Assembly: GCA_013204345.1 (NCBI GenBank)
Contig: JABMOB010000029.1
Coordinates: forward strand, 1-61,434
Length of the DNA stretch: 61,434 nucleotides
Source: Parcubacteria group bacterium
GTDB taxonomy: Bacteria; Patescibacteriota; Minisyncoccia; Phycocordibacterales; JABMOB01
Reading direction: 5' to 3'
Each line of letters starts with the position of its first letter. The stretch's first letter is position 1. The notes under the pieces are model-generated. The model was not told the origin of the DNA and ran no database searches. It was given only the letters and a program-made list of their open reading frames with translations. Positions 26,650 to 35,343 of the stretch are shown here, piece after piece. The translations under genes were made by a program, and so were the position numbers.

Positions 26650-27387
26650 TTGGGAAAAGAAATTGAAAAACTACGCAAAGAACTGAGGCAATTGGCCCAA
26701 AAATTTAAGCTGGCGCAAAAGAGATTTTTTACACCCCAGGTTAAAATGCACTTGTTACCAGGGGCGATCAGACCAACCCGAGGGACTAAAGAAGCGAGCG
26801 GTTATGATCTTTCTATTTTGTCTATACGCAAGTTTGGAGAAATGGATCCGACAACCCCACACTTGAGAACGCTTGTGTTTGATTTTCAAAATCCGCCACA
26901 GGATTTGTTGGACAGGAAAAAAGTGGCAAAAGGTGCTGGGAAAGAATCTTCTTGGGTCTATCTACTTGATCCTGGAGAAGTTATCTTTGTGACATTCGGT
27001 ATAATATTGGAATCTCCAGAAAAACTTCATGTCATCGTAGCTTCACGAAGTGGTACACAACCGAAACATAAGATTGAAGTATGGAACTCTCCAAATTGGA
27101 TTGATCGCGATTTTCGAGGAGAATTTGGAGCTTGGCTTCGAAACGACAGTGAAAGTGTACTGAGAATCTCTATGGGAATGAGACTCGTCCAAATTATTTT
27201 CACATGGAGTCCAACCCCAGACTTTGTTGTAGTAGACGAAGTAGAAAATCTGTCTATTACTGAACGCGGAGCAAACGGGACAGGATCAACAGGTATTTTC
27301 CATGGTGAGCAAGGACGTCTTTTTTCTGATGATAAACCTTCGTCTCGCAAAACACGAAAAAAACATAAACCAAAACCCCGAGTCTAG
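26650..27387 (+). CDS. Divergent dUTPase-fold protein with an internal insertion and a basic C-terminal tail (GC-rich, probably acquired)
   Basis: dUTPase motifs ASGYDL, NWIDRDFRGEFG, GMRLVQIIF and ERGANGTGSTG. The TTG start follows a GGAG box. An alternative ATG is at 26746. Confidence 0.72.
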   Translation: MGKEIEKLRKELRQLAQKFKLAQKRFFTPQVKMHLLPGAIRPTRGTKEASGYDLSILSIRKFGEMDPTTPHLRTLVFDFQNPPQDLLDRKKVAKGAGKESSWVYLLDPGEVIFVTFGIILESPEKLHVIVASRSGTQPKHKIEVWNSPNWIDRDFRGEFGAWLRNDSESVLRISMGMRLVQIIFTWSPTPDFVVVDEVENLSITERGANGTGSTGIFHGEQGRLFSDDKPSSRKTRKKHKPKPRV

Positions 27388-27405
27388 TCGACACGGGGTT
27401 TTTCT
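27376..27405 (+). terminator. Rho-independent terminator of the dUTPase-like gene
   Basis: CCCCG-agtctagtcgaca-CGGGG followed by TTTTT. The hairpin spans the stop codon. Confidence 0.75.
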
Positions 27406-27416
27406 TGGAAATTTTA

Positions 27417-27449
27417 GACTTTATGGACTTTATGGACTTTATGGACTAC
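27417..27449. repeat. Tandem 9-mer array, GACTTTATG x3.7
   Basis: Three perfect units plus a partial unit. The array abuts the stop of the minus-strand SIMPL gene. Confidence 0.9.
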
Positions 27450-27450
27450 C

Positions 27451-28251
27451 CTACTTTATCTCGTAAGTAATAGATACATGTGAAGTAATCTTATTTTGAC
27501 CAGCTGGAACTTCTGGGGTTGGAGCATTAGTTACTGCACCACCTACTCCATACGCCATCTCTGATTTTGCAAAATAGACTGGCTGGTTTCCAGATTCTGA
27601 GAAATTGATTACTCGTCCAAGACTGACTCCAAGTTGACGAGAAAGTTCTACCGCTTTTGCTTTTGCGTCGTCAATCGCTTTACTTCTAGCTTCAGCTGTA
27701 AGAGCATCGGGATCGTCGATTACAAACTGCAAACCGCTTACGTTGGAAACATTCAATTTCCCTACTTCACCCAAAATCTTTCCTGAGTCCGCAACTTTTC
27801 TGACTTTTATAGAAACACCCTGACTAACTTCATAACCAGTGAGAATTTGAGTTCTTGGAGGACAACTGTATTGGTTGCACAAAAAACTAGTATATTCATA
27901 CTTTGGATAAACACTATAGTCGGTAGTTTTTATATCTTTTTCGTCAACATCCAAAGATTTAACTGCAGCGAGAGCTATATTCATTCTATTTGTCACCTTC
28001 TCCTGAGCCGAAGCAACAGTTTTGTCAGTTTCTATAACTGAAAAAGAGAATGTTGCAGTATCAGGCACAGCAAAGACATCACCTAAACCATTTACAGTAA
28101 TAACGTTTCTATTGATAACATCTTGGCCGATATAAGGTAGAGATTTAAAATCGGCGATTATTCGAACTACTAAAAATATTGCCAAAATGGCAAGGAAACC
28201 AGCAATAATTTTCAAAAACTTCTTCTTTTCTGGTGACATTTCATTGTTCAT
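27451..28251 (-). CDS. SIMPL (DUF541) domain periplasmic/surface protein
   Basis: N-terminal TM anchor. ITVNGLGDVFAVPDTATFSFSV...A...AKAKA... pattern and a C-terminal ITSHVSITYEI. Confidence 0.75.
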   Translation of the reverse strand: MNNEMSPEKKKFLKIIAGFLAILAIFLVVRIIADFKSLPYIGQDVINRNVITVNGLGDVFAVPDTATFSFSVIETDKTVASAQEKVTNRMNIALAAVKSLDVDEKDIKTTDYSVYPKYEYTSFLCNQYSCPPRTQILTGYEVSQGVSIKVRKVADSGKILGEVGKLNVSNVSGLQFVIDDPDALTAEARSKAIDDAKAKAVELSRQLGVSLGRVINFSESGNQPVYFAKSEMAYGVGGAVTNAPTPEVPAGQNKITSHVSITYEIK

Positions 28252-28283
28252 ATGTTTATATGATTATATTTATAATATTAGTA

Positions 28284-29147
28284 TTATAGCATTTTTATAG
28301 CCTTCAGTAAATTCTCAAAAAGTGAAGCTACTGTCATAGGGCCAACCCCCCCAGGAACCGGTGAAATAGCCGAAACGATGTTTTTGACCGCTTCAAAATC
28401 AACATCGCCGACAAATTTTTTACCGACTATTTCTTCATTAAATTTTTTCCCAGAAATAAGATTTATACCGACATCTACTACTGTCTGACCAAAAGAAACG
28501 TGCTCGGCAGAAATAAGACCCGGGCAACCTGCCGCAACGATAATAATATCTGCATCCTTAGTCTCTTTTATTAGGTCTTTCGTTTTTCTATGACAAACCG
28601 TTACTGTAGCATTGCGTGCAAGAAGAGTTAGAGCTATCGGCTTACCAACCAAAACAGATCTACCAATAACAGTTACCCGTTTCCCTTCTAAAGGAATACT
28701 GTAATAATCAAGTAGAGACAAAACGCCTTTTGCTGTTGCGGGCACAAAACCTGACGGATCATTTTCAAAAAGTTTTCTAACGTTCACGGGGGTCAAACCA
28801 TCAACATCCTTGTTCGGATCAATGTTGGAAATTAATTTCGAAGCATCCAGATGTGTTGGTAAAGGAAGTTGAACGATAATACCATTAGTACTTTTATCAC
28901 TGTTTAATTCTTCTATATTTTCTGCAATAACTTCTTCACCAATTGAATCATCGAATTTACACAACTCTACAGCCACACCAATCTTTTCACCAAAAATTTT
29001 CTTCTGATTCACATAAGCATTTGAGTCTGGATTATCTCCAACCTGAATAATCACAAGTTTTGGTTTTGAGGGTAATTTGGAAACAGCTTCCGCGAGTTCT
29101 CGCTGTATTTTGTCACGAATAATTTTTCCGTCTAAAATTTTTGCCAT
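28284..29147 (-). CDS. folD: Bifunctional methylene-THF dehydrogenase/methenyl-THF cyclohydrolase
   Basis: ILDGK..., IIVQLPLP, VTVIGRSVLVGKP and PVPGGVGPMT. Confidence 0.95.
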   Translation of the reverse strand: MAKILDGKIIRDKIQRELAEAVSKLPSKPKLVIIQVGDNPDSNAYVNQKKIFGEKIGVAVELCKFDDSIGEEVIAENIEELNSDKSTNGIIVQLPLPTHLDASKLISNIDPNKDVDGLTPVNVRKLFENDPSGFVPATAKGVLSLLDYYSIPLEGKRVTVIGRSVLVGKPIALTLLARNATVTVCHRKTKDLIKETKDADIIIVAAGCPGLISAEHVSFGQTVVDVGINLISGKKFNEEIVGKKFVGDVDFEAVKNIVSAISPVPGGVGPMTVASLFENLLKAIKML

Positions 29148-29773
29148 AATTTTTTGTGATGCAAAAACTCACTAATCATAATGGATAAAAATACCCAAAA
29201 AAGAGCAAGAAATGTTCCACCTAAGATGTCACTAAACCAGTGTGCGGATAAATATATTCTGCTAAAATCAGTCACAACAATTAGAGCCAGGCAGACTACA
29301 CCAAAAATAGTTTTACCAATAATCCCAGGAATTTTTTTATAAAGACAGTAAAAAATTAGAGAGAAAAAAGCTGTGGCAACTACAGCATGATTACTTGGAA
29401 AGCTCTTCCCAGTTTCAACGACGAGAATACTTACAGGTCGAGCAATACCAGCTATAGCTTTGATCAAAACCCCCGACAATAAAGCACCGCCTACACCGAT
29501 AATAAAAATAGAAACTGCGTGTAACTTTTTCTTCCAAGCAAATAAAAGAACGACGATTAGAGCCAGAACTGATAGATTTTCTGGACTCAAAATATTAGTA
29601 ACGGAAACAAATACTGAGGTTAATTCAAAACTTCTTAGATTTGGAATGCTATCATAAACAAACTTGTCTAATATAGTTATATTACCGTGACCTACAACCA
29701 TAATTGTCACAATCACAAAAAGTAATATCGACAAAACATCCAAAAGTAAAATACTGTTTTTATTATCAATCAT
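29132..29773 (-). CDS. PAP2-family lipid phosphatase
   Basis: KAIAGIARP, PSNH and SRIYLSAHWFSD signature motifs. Polytopic membrane protein. Confidence 0.82.
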   Translation of the reverse strand: MIDNKNSILLLDVLSILLFVIVTIMVVGHGNITILDKFVYDSIPNLRSFELTSVFVSVTNILSPENLSVLALIVVLLFAWKKKLHAVSIFIIGVGGALLSGVLIKAIAGIARPVSILVVETGKSFPSNHAVVATAFFSLIFYCLYKKIPGIIGKTIFGVVCLALIVVTDFSRIYLSAHWFSDILGGTFLALFWVFLSIMISEFLHHKKLWQKF

Positions 29774-29783
29774 TATGTATAGA

Positions 29784-30662
29784 TTACCTTAAACTTTTCC
29801 ACCGAGCAAAAATACCAGCAGGTAACAATCGTCCTGTTTTTGATTCTTCTATTGTGAGTTCACCTGTTTCTATTTCACCTTTTTTATCTTCAAACATTGC
29901 TTTCAAGTTATTACTATATGCGACAGGAGAATATCCTGATGCGTAACCATTTATTAGAAAAAATAACGGTTCCGTCGAGATAATTTTTTTACAAGATTCC
30001 AAGAGAGGCAAAAAATCTTCCTCAATCTTCCAGAGTTCTTTTTTGGCACCATGACCAAATGATGGTGGATCCATAATAATGCCGTCATACTTCTTTCCTC
30101 TCTTTATTTCACGCAAGACAAAAGTTCGTGCATCATCCAAAATCCATCGAATCGGTTTGTCAGATAGTCCGGATAGTTCTGCATTATCTCTTGCCCATGC
30201 CAAGGCGCTTTTTGACCCATCGACATGACAAACCTCAGCTCCGGCTTTTGCTGATGCTAAAGTAGCTCCACCTGTATAACCAAAAAGGTTAAGAACTGAA
30301 ATTTTCCTATTTGATTTAGAGATAGTATCACCTATCCATTGCCAATTTGGCACCTGCTCAGGAAAAATTCCTGTATGTTTGAAAGCTGATAAACCAACCC
30401 TTAGTTTTAAACCACCGAGTTCTATATTCCACTTCTCTGGAATATTATCTTTTTTATTCCATTTTGTTTTTTCTTTGGATGTCTCAAAAATAGCATCTGC
30501 CTTCTTCCAAATATCCACAGATAAATTTTTTCTCCACAAAGCCTGCGGATCGGGGCGAGCAACAACCACAGAGCCATATCGCTCCAATTTGTGACCATCA
30601 CCACTATCCAAAAGCTCGTAATTTTTGGAAGCTGTAGTTTTTAAAATGCTCAAATTTTGCAT
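29784..30662 (-). CDS. Class I SAM-dependent methyltransferase (RlmI/RlmK-like catalytic domain)
   Basis: VLNLFGYTGGATL (SAM motif I) and IIMDPPSFG (motif IV). Confidence 0.8.
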   Translation of the reverse strand: MQNLSILKTTASKNYELLDSGDGHKLERYGSVVVARPDPQALWRKNLSVDIWKKADAIFETSKEKTKWNKKDNIPEKWNIELGGLKLRVGLSAFKHTGIFPEQVPNWQWIGDTISKSNRKISVLNLFGYTGGATLASAKAGAEVCHVDGSKSALAWARDNAELSGLSDKPIRWILDDARTFVLREIKRGKKYDGIIMDPPSFGHGAKKELWKIEEDFLPLLESCKKIISTEPLFFLINGYASGYSPVAYSNNLKAMFEDKKGEIETGELTIEESKTGRLLPAGIFARWKSLR

Positions 30663-30702
30663 GACTTCAATACTATCGCAAATTGAACCTCTTCGCTATT
30701 AG

Positions 30703-31653
30703 TCATATATTCGAACAAGTCTTTTTGAGGTTATTTATATCAGCCTCTGTTACCTTTTGATTCGTTCCTTGATTCAGTTTATACATTATCGATAAAGGAT
30801 CATTGATGTGATCGAGTCCAAGAGCGTGACCTAGCTCGTGGGTTAAGACACTTGCAAGTTTTTCTCTGTCAGCAAATTGGTAAATATTTATTCTTTGACC
30901 GAGACTGTCCATCTCATAATTCCCTTCTTCAAACTCACGCCCAAGGACATCCCCCGTACCGTTATATTTTCTGATATCAAGGTTCAAATCCAAAGCAAGT
31001 TGGTTTAGAACCTTTGCTAAACTGTTGATGTCTAAAGCTTGATTATTCAAATCAATTCTTTGTGCATCCAAGCTATCCTGCTCAGCTGTCAGTTGTATAC
31101 TTCGACTTCGAAGAGCTTTGTACTCATTGGGAGGGGCACCACCACGTTTATTCCAATGTTCTACATCAACTTGATAGGATTTTAAATTCTGTTCAAACTG
31201 AACTACGGCTGAGTTATATGCTAAATTTTTTTGATCCCAATTCGCCTTTAGGGAAATGTACTTATTTTTTATAGCATCAAATGATGTGCGTTTATCTGTT
31301 ATGGTTAAATTAAGTTTTTTCAGAACATCCGTCTCACTCTGGCGATTGTCATAAATAAGATTTATTTTCAAAGACCCGTTTGGGGTGTAAAAAAAAAGTT
31401 TTTTACCAACAGCATTTTCCCAGTTGTCTCCAGAAGCAGATATAGCTGAAAGAAAATCTGTTTTTGATAATCCAAATCTTGCATCGAACGTACCAAGACT
31501 ATATTCAATAGGTAAACGACATGAAGAAAATATACCTTTCCAGTTAAAACCCTTACTCGCCAAAAATTTTTGTCCAAAAAAAAGTATACTGACGATAAGA
31601 ACGGTCGTTAGTATTATCTTAATAATATTTTTTATAATTGATTTCAAAAGCAT
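30703..31653 (-). CDS. Membrane-anchored matrixin-like (M10) zinc metalloprotease
   Basis: HELGHALGLDH zincin motif and an N-terminal TM anchor. The start was moved to MLLKSII because the upstream part of the ORF lies in a GC-rich structured region. Confidence 0.7.
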   Translation of the reverse strand: MLLKSIIKNIIKIILTTVLIVSILFFGQKFLASKGFNWKGIFSSCRLPIEYSLGTFDARFGLSKTDFLSAISASGDNWENAVGKKLFFYTPNGSLKINLIYDNRQSETDVLKKLNLTITDKRTSFDAIKNKYISLKANWDQKNLAYNSAVVQFEQNLKSYQVDVEHWNKRGGAPPNEYKALRSRSIQLTAEQDSLDAQRIDLNNQALDINSLAKVLNQLALDLNLDIRKYNGTGDVLGREFEEGNYEMDSLGQRINIYQFADREKLASVLTHELGHALGLDHINDPLSIMYKLNQGTNQKVTEADINNLKKTCSNI

Positions 31654-31842
31654 AAAAATGGACCGCCACACAAGATGACGGCCCGTGGGAAAAAGGAGGG
31701 GATGGCTACCCTCGACCCGAGGAGGCTTCTGCATTTCTTTTTTTCATGCACAAGGTAACTCCTCGGCATCTGCGGGTTTATTGCCCGCTGGTATGGGGTG
31801 TGTATTCCCCATACCTTAACCTAAATTATACACCTAAAACAA

Positions 31843-31879
31843 TAAAAAAGGCGCCTTCCACACAAGTGTGGTCGGCGCC
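31843..31879 (-). terminator. Rho-independent terminator after the micro-ORF
   Basis: GGCGCC..CCACAC-aa-GTGTGG..GGCGCC followed by a T-run on the minus strand. Confidence 0.75.
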
Positions 31880-31887
31880 GAGGGGGG

Positions 31888-32055
31888 TCATTCGGAAACA
31901 TGTCCAGAGGATCGTCGAAACGAGGATTTTACCCTCTTCCAGATCCACGCGGAGAACCATGCAAGGGCTACCACCGTAGCAAAACCCAGATTAATCTGAA
32001 TTCCACCATCGATGACAGAGAAACTAACGAAATATCTGGAAATGAACTCTATCAT
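31888..32055 (-). CDS. 55-aa hydrophobic micro-protein, translationally coupled (ATGA overlap) to the upstream lipoprotein gene
   Basis: Not in the ORF track because it is under 60 aa. MIEFISRYFVSFSVIDGGIQINLGFATVVALAWFSAWIWKRVK.... GGAGGTG lies 5 nt upstream of the ATG. Confidence 0.5.
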   Translation of the reverse strand: MIEFISRYFVSFSVIDGGIQINLGFATVVALAWFSAWIWKRVKSSFRRSSGHVSE

Positions 32056-32309
32056 TGTCCACCTCCACTAATCGCTCGCATCCCCTGAAAACCCGGGGTA
32101 CCTGTCGTTTTTAGTTCCAGACCTTCGGTGTATCCAGACCCTTCATACATAGGTCGACGAGGATCACCGACTTTGTTGTCTCCGATTGAGTCAGGGTAGA
32201 ACGCCTTGGAGCCAAGATGACTTGTAAGATCAATCTGGCAACCAACGAGTCCACCAAAACATAATGCAAAAAACAACACAACGCTCATTTTCCAAATCTT
32301 GCGTGTCAT
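32052..32309 (-). CDS. Small predicted lipoprotein (85 aa)
   Basis: MTRKIWKMSVVLFFALCFGGLVGC lipobox signal. AAGGAG lies 8 nt upstream of this ATG. The longer ORF start was rejected. Confidence 0.6.
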   Translation of the reverse strand: MTRKIWKMSVVLFFALCFGGLVGCQIDLTSHLGSKAFYPDSIGDNKVGDPRRPMYEGSGYTEGLELKTTGTPGFQGMRAISGGGQ

Positions 32310-32633
32310 AAGAGACTTCTCCTTTAGAATAGTGCCTCCGAGCACTCTCTTTTGGATGAAACGAGGAACATCCCCGCTTCTGAAGTCTCTCTTCTCCCAA
32401 AAACATCTTTCTCCACTTTCTCCTATATTAGGTAAAAGAACTATGCCTAGAGCCAACATTTGACCCTTTAAAGACATATAGTATCTTAGCATACTTTATA
32501 TTTTCTGTCAAATAAAAAATGTTTCTGCTATTTTGAGTTGGAAAATCAAAATTTTTTGATAAACACCAAACTTACAGTATACTTAAAGATAATAAAGGTC
32601 GACCAATCTTAAAAGCTTTTAAAAAAGAAAAAT

Positions 32634-32831
32634 ATGGATGAAAATAAAAAGGTTTGTAATTGCTCTCACCACAAAATTGTTCCAACGGCAATAATCCTCT
32701 TAGGATTATCTTTTCTATTGAGCAGTTTCAATGTTGCATTCTTCGTTTCTTACACAAATATTATCTGGCCTATTCTTGTCATTATCATAGGTGTAGTAAA
32801 ACTTGGAGGAAAAGGATGCAAGTGTTGCTAG
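32634..32831 (+). CDS. Small two-TM membrane protein with Cys/His-rich termini
   Basis: 65 aa with N-terminal CNCSHH, two hydrophobic spans and C-terminal GKGCKCC. A terminator follows. Confidence 0.5.
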   Translation: MDENKKVCNCSHHKIVPTAIILLGLSFLLSSFNVAFFVSYTNIIWPILVIIIGVVKLGGKGCKCC

Positions 32832-32857
32832 TTTGACCTAAAGAATATTCTTTACAC

Positions 32858-32896
32858 AAAAACACCTCAGAATAAATTCCGAGGTGTTTTTGTTTT
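32858..32896. terminator. Bidirectional terminator between convergent genes
   Basis: AAAAACACCTC-agaataaattcc-GAGGTGTTTTT, with A/T runs on both sides. Confidence 0.8.
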
Positions 32897-32914
32897 GAGA
32901 CTATATTTAAATAA

Positions 32915-33598
32915 TTACCATGGTATATGTTTATCTTGAAACCAAAATTGCCCTGTTTCTGGTTTAGAAATAGCCACCTTATATATTCCCTCTGCTGCTT
33001 CTTTTGGAGTCAGCTCCGCTTCCTCTCCACCCATTTCAGTTTTTACCCAACCTGGATGAACAGAGGACACGATAACACCAGCTTCATGCAACCTAGACGC
33101 AAGTGTTCTGGTATACATATTTAAAGCAGTCTTAGAAATTTTATAGGCGGGATAATGGTGAGGATAATGACTAGATAATTCTTTTTCTATGCCTGCCAAC
33201 TCAAGGGAGCCTGCTGTAGAAGAAATGTTTATAATATGACCATCTTTTTGTATAAGAGAAATAATACGTTCTGTAAAATCAATAGTTCCAAAAAGATTGA
33301 CCTCCAGAGTTCTTCTCAATTTTTCTACTATCACCCCTGTTTCTTCTTCATCAAAAAGAACCCCCGCATTATTTATCACAACATCAATTCTCTTTCCCAG
33401 GTCGTCAATATTTTTCGCACAATCTGCAATGCTTTGTGATTTTGATAAGTCCAAAGGAAAAACTGTGAGATTTTTATTTTCAATATCAACCTCACTAGAA
33501 AAAAAAGTGCCGATAACAAAATACCCTTCAGCCAAAAATTTTTCCGCAAGAGCCCTCCCTATTCCGCGACTTATACCTGTAATTAAAACTGTTTTCAT
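32915..33598 (-). CDS. Short-chain dehydrogenase/reductase (SDR)
   Basis: TGISRGIGRA cofactor motif, NNAG and a YxxxK site (YPAYKISK). Confidence 0.9.
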   Translation of the reverse strand: MKTVLITGISRGIGRALAEKFLAEGYFVIGTFFSSEVDIENKNLTVFPLDLSKSQSIADCAKNIDDLGKRIDVVINNAGVLFDEEETGVIVEKLRRTLEVNLFGTIDFTERIISLIQKDGHIINISSTAGSLELAGIEKELSSHYPHHYPAYKISKTALNMYTRTLASRLHEAGVIVSSVHPGWVKTEMGGEEAELTPKEAAEGIYKVAISKPETGQFWFQDKHIPW

Positions 33599-33637
33599 AT
33601 AATAAAATTATACTCGCAAAAAAAAGAATTACAAAAA

Positions 33638-33662
33638 ACCCCGCGTGATGTAGCGGGGCTAT
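33638..33662 (-). terminator. Rho-independent terminator after the DUF218 gene
   Basis: On the minus strand, CCCCGC-tacatcac-GCGGGG followed by TTTTTT. Confidence 0.75.
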
Positions 33663-34271
33663 GTTTTTGATCGAAGATAATCACAGGTTTCCTTAATCAG
33701 ATCTGGTATTGTAACCGGTAAAATATCCCCCTTCTCTGCATATTTTTTGAGTCGATCGATTTCTCCACATAAACGGTCAAGAACAAAAGGATTATCGTAT
33801 TGACTAAGGGGAAGGGTTGGGGAACTACCTTGGATTAATCTATCAGGATAATGCTTCCCCATCGTGGCAATAGCTCTACGAAGTAATATTGGTACAGCGA
33901 CAATAATAATTCTTTTGGTCGGATGCAACTCTATCTACAATTTTCATACCAAACTGAATATTCTCGAGGGTATTAGTTGCCGATGTCTCTAAAATCACAT
34001 CATTTACTGAAACAGTTTTTTTACAAATAATATCCTTGAGAAAATGTGCCTCAGAATTCCACTGCTCCGGAATATCTGTGAATTGACCACGACCACCGCT
34101 GACAACAATAAATAGAGCCCTCCGAGAATGATACAAAGCCGCTGCATGGATAGCAATTTGAGACAAATTACTACCGCAAAGTAAGATAGCCTCTGCTGGA
34201 ACAAGAAACGGCACAGAAACATCTTCCGTCAAAAAATCAACTAATATCCTTATCGCTTCCATTCTTTCCAT
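33659..34271 (-). pseudogene. DUF218/YdcF-family gene split by a frameshift
   Basis: ORFs 33876..34322 (...ATNTLENIQFGMKIVDRV) and 33659..33928 (PTKRIIIVAVPILLRRA...) are the consecutive halves of one DUF218 domain, in different frames. Confidence 0.65.
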
Positions 34272-34371
34272 ATAGATCTCCTTTTCTATTATCAATAATA
34301 GAAAAAAATGAAAAAAAAGCAATTCCTAAAATGTACACCCAGCAAGATACTACTTTAAAATAAAACCGTTT

Positions 34372-34863
34372 TTACAACTTTTTATCGAAGCCTTCTTCAG
34401 CGCGAGAAGCGATGTCTATAAAAATCTGTATTTCTTTGGAAGACAAAGTCCTTGGTTTCTTATCTTTTATACAAAATACGGCTATCGGCAAATTACTATC
34501 GCGATGAAACAAAGCCATTCCAGCATAAAATCTAATAAACGGTTCGCCGATAACAGAGGGGTTATCAGCAAAGCGGTCATCTTTCAGTGTATCTTCGATA
34601 ACAAACAAAACTTTTGTCAGCAAAGCATGACCACAAAAAGAGGTTGCCCTATCCCCTTCTTTATCTGACAATCCATGACTGGATTTATACCACTCCCGTT
34701 TTGAGTCTATGATTGAAATCGTGGCGATTGGCACCTGAAGCCTTTCTACAGCTTCTTTTATCAATAAATCAAAACGTCTTTCTGGTTTAGTGTCCAAAAT
34801 ACCGAGTTTTTGCAAAAGTTCTAATCTTTCTTGCTCATATTTTGGAATGGGAGCTTTTTTCAT
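34372..34863 (-). CDS. Stand-alone GAF domain protein
   Basis: ERLELLQKLGILDT...RFDLLIKEA...VPIATISIID...W.KS..G... is the typical N-terminal GAF-module pattern. Confidence 0.72.
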   Translation of the reverse strand: MKKAPIPKYEQERLELLQKLGILDTKPERRFDLLIKEAVERLQVPIATISIIDSKREWYKSSHGLSDKEGDRATSFCGHALLTKVLFVIEDTLKDDRFADNPSVIGEPFIRFYAGMALFHRDSNLPIAVFCIKDKKPRTLSSKEIQIFIDIASRAEEGFDKKL

Positions 34864-34942
34864 ACCTATAAATTATAACAATTTTACAATAAAAAAGCCC
34901 CGTGGGATGGGACTTTGGAGACAAAGAACATGGAAGGGTGAA

Positions 34943-35239
34943 CTATTTACGTTTTCTGGAAATCCATGGTCGGATTCGACCATGACTACCTTCTTGATTG
35001 AAAACTTTAAAAATCAACTTCAAAGAAGCTTTGCTCTTCTGAATACGGGCTACAAATGGATACGCACAGCGCCAAAGATTGCGATGTTCGCCGTCAGCAC
35101 ATAAAAGATTCTCGCAGTCTTCATTCGGATCAAGGTTTTTACCAATGACCTCGTTTGTGTGAGCGTTGAGAGGCTCAACATACCAATAACAGATGGCTTT
35201 TTTACGTTTTTTTGCCAATTTTCCGATTTTCTTCATCAT
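34943..35239 (-). CDS. Hypothetical basic Cys-containing protein
   Basis: 98 aa ORF with Lys/Arg-rich termini. No family was recognised. GC is higher than in the flanks. Confidence 0.4.
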   Translation of the reverse strand: MMKKIGKLAKKRKKAICYWYVEPLNAHTNEVIGKNLDPNEDCENLLCADGEHRNLWRCAYPFVARIQKSKASLKLIFKVFNQEGSHGRIRPWISRKRK

Positions 35240-35343
35240 CGTGGTAACCTCTTTTTCTGAAGATTAAGTGGTTTTTTATGAAAAGAATCACACTCCACAT
35301 ACTAGACTACACAAAAAATCAAAAAAGTCAACCTTAAGAGAGA

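Noticed and set aside
27417-27449. CRISPR array
   Set aside because: The repeats are 9 bp, directly abutting and have no spacers. No cas genes are in the window. The other periodic spacers are likewise simple tandem repeats.
31746-32088. Plus-strand ORFs 31746..31979 and 31900..32088
   Set aside because: The minus strand offers a better model: a lipobox lipoprotein with an SD, an ATGA-coupled micro-ORF with an SD and a terminator. The plus-strand ORFs have no RBS and have Arg/Pro-rich composition typical of GC-rich antisense frames.
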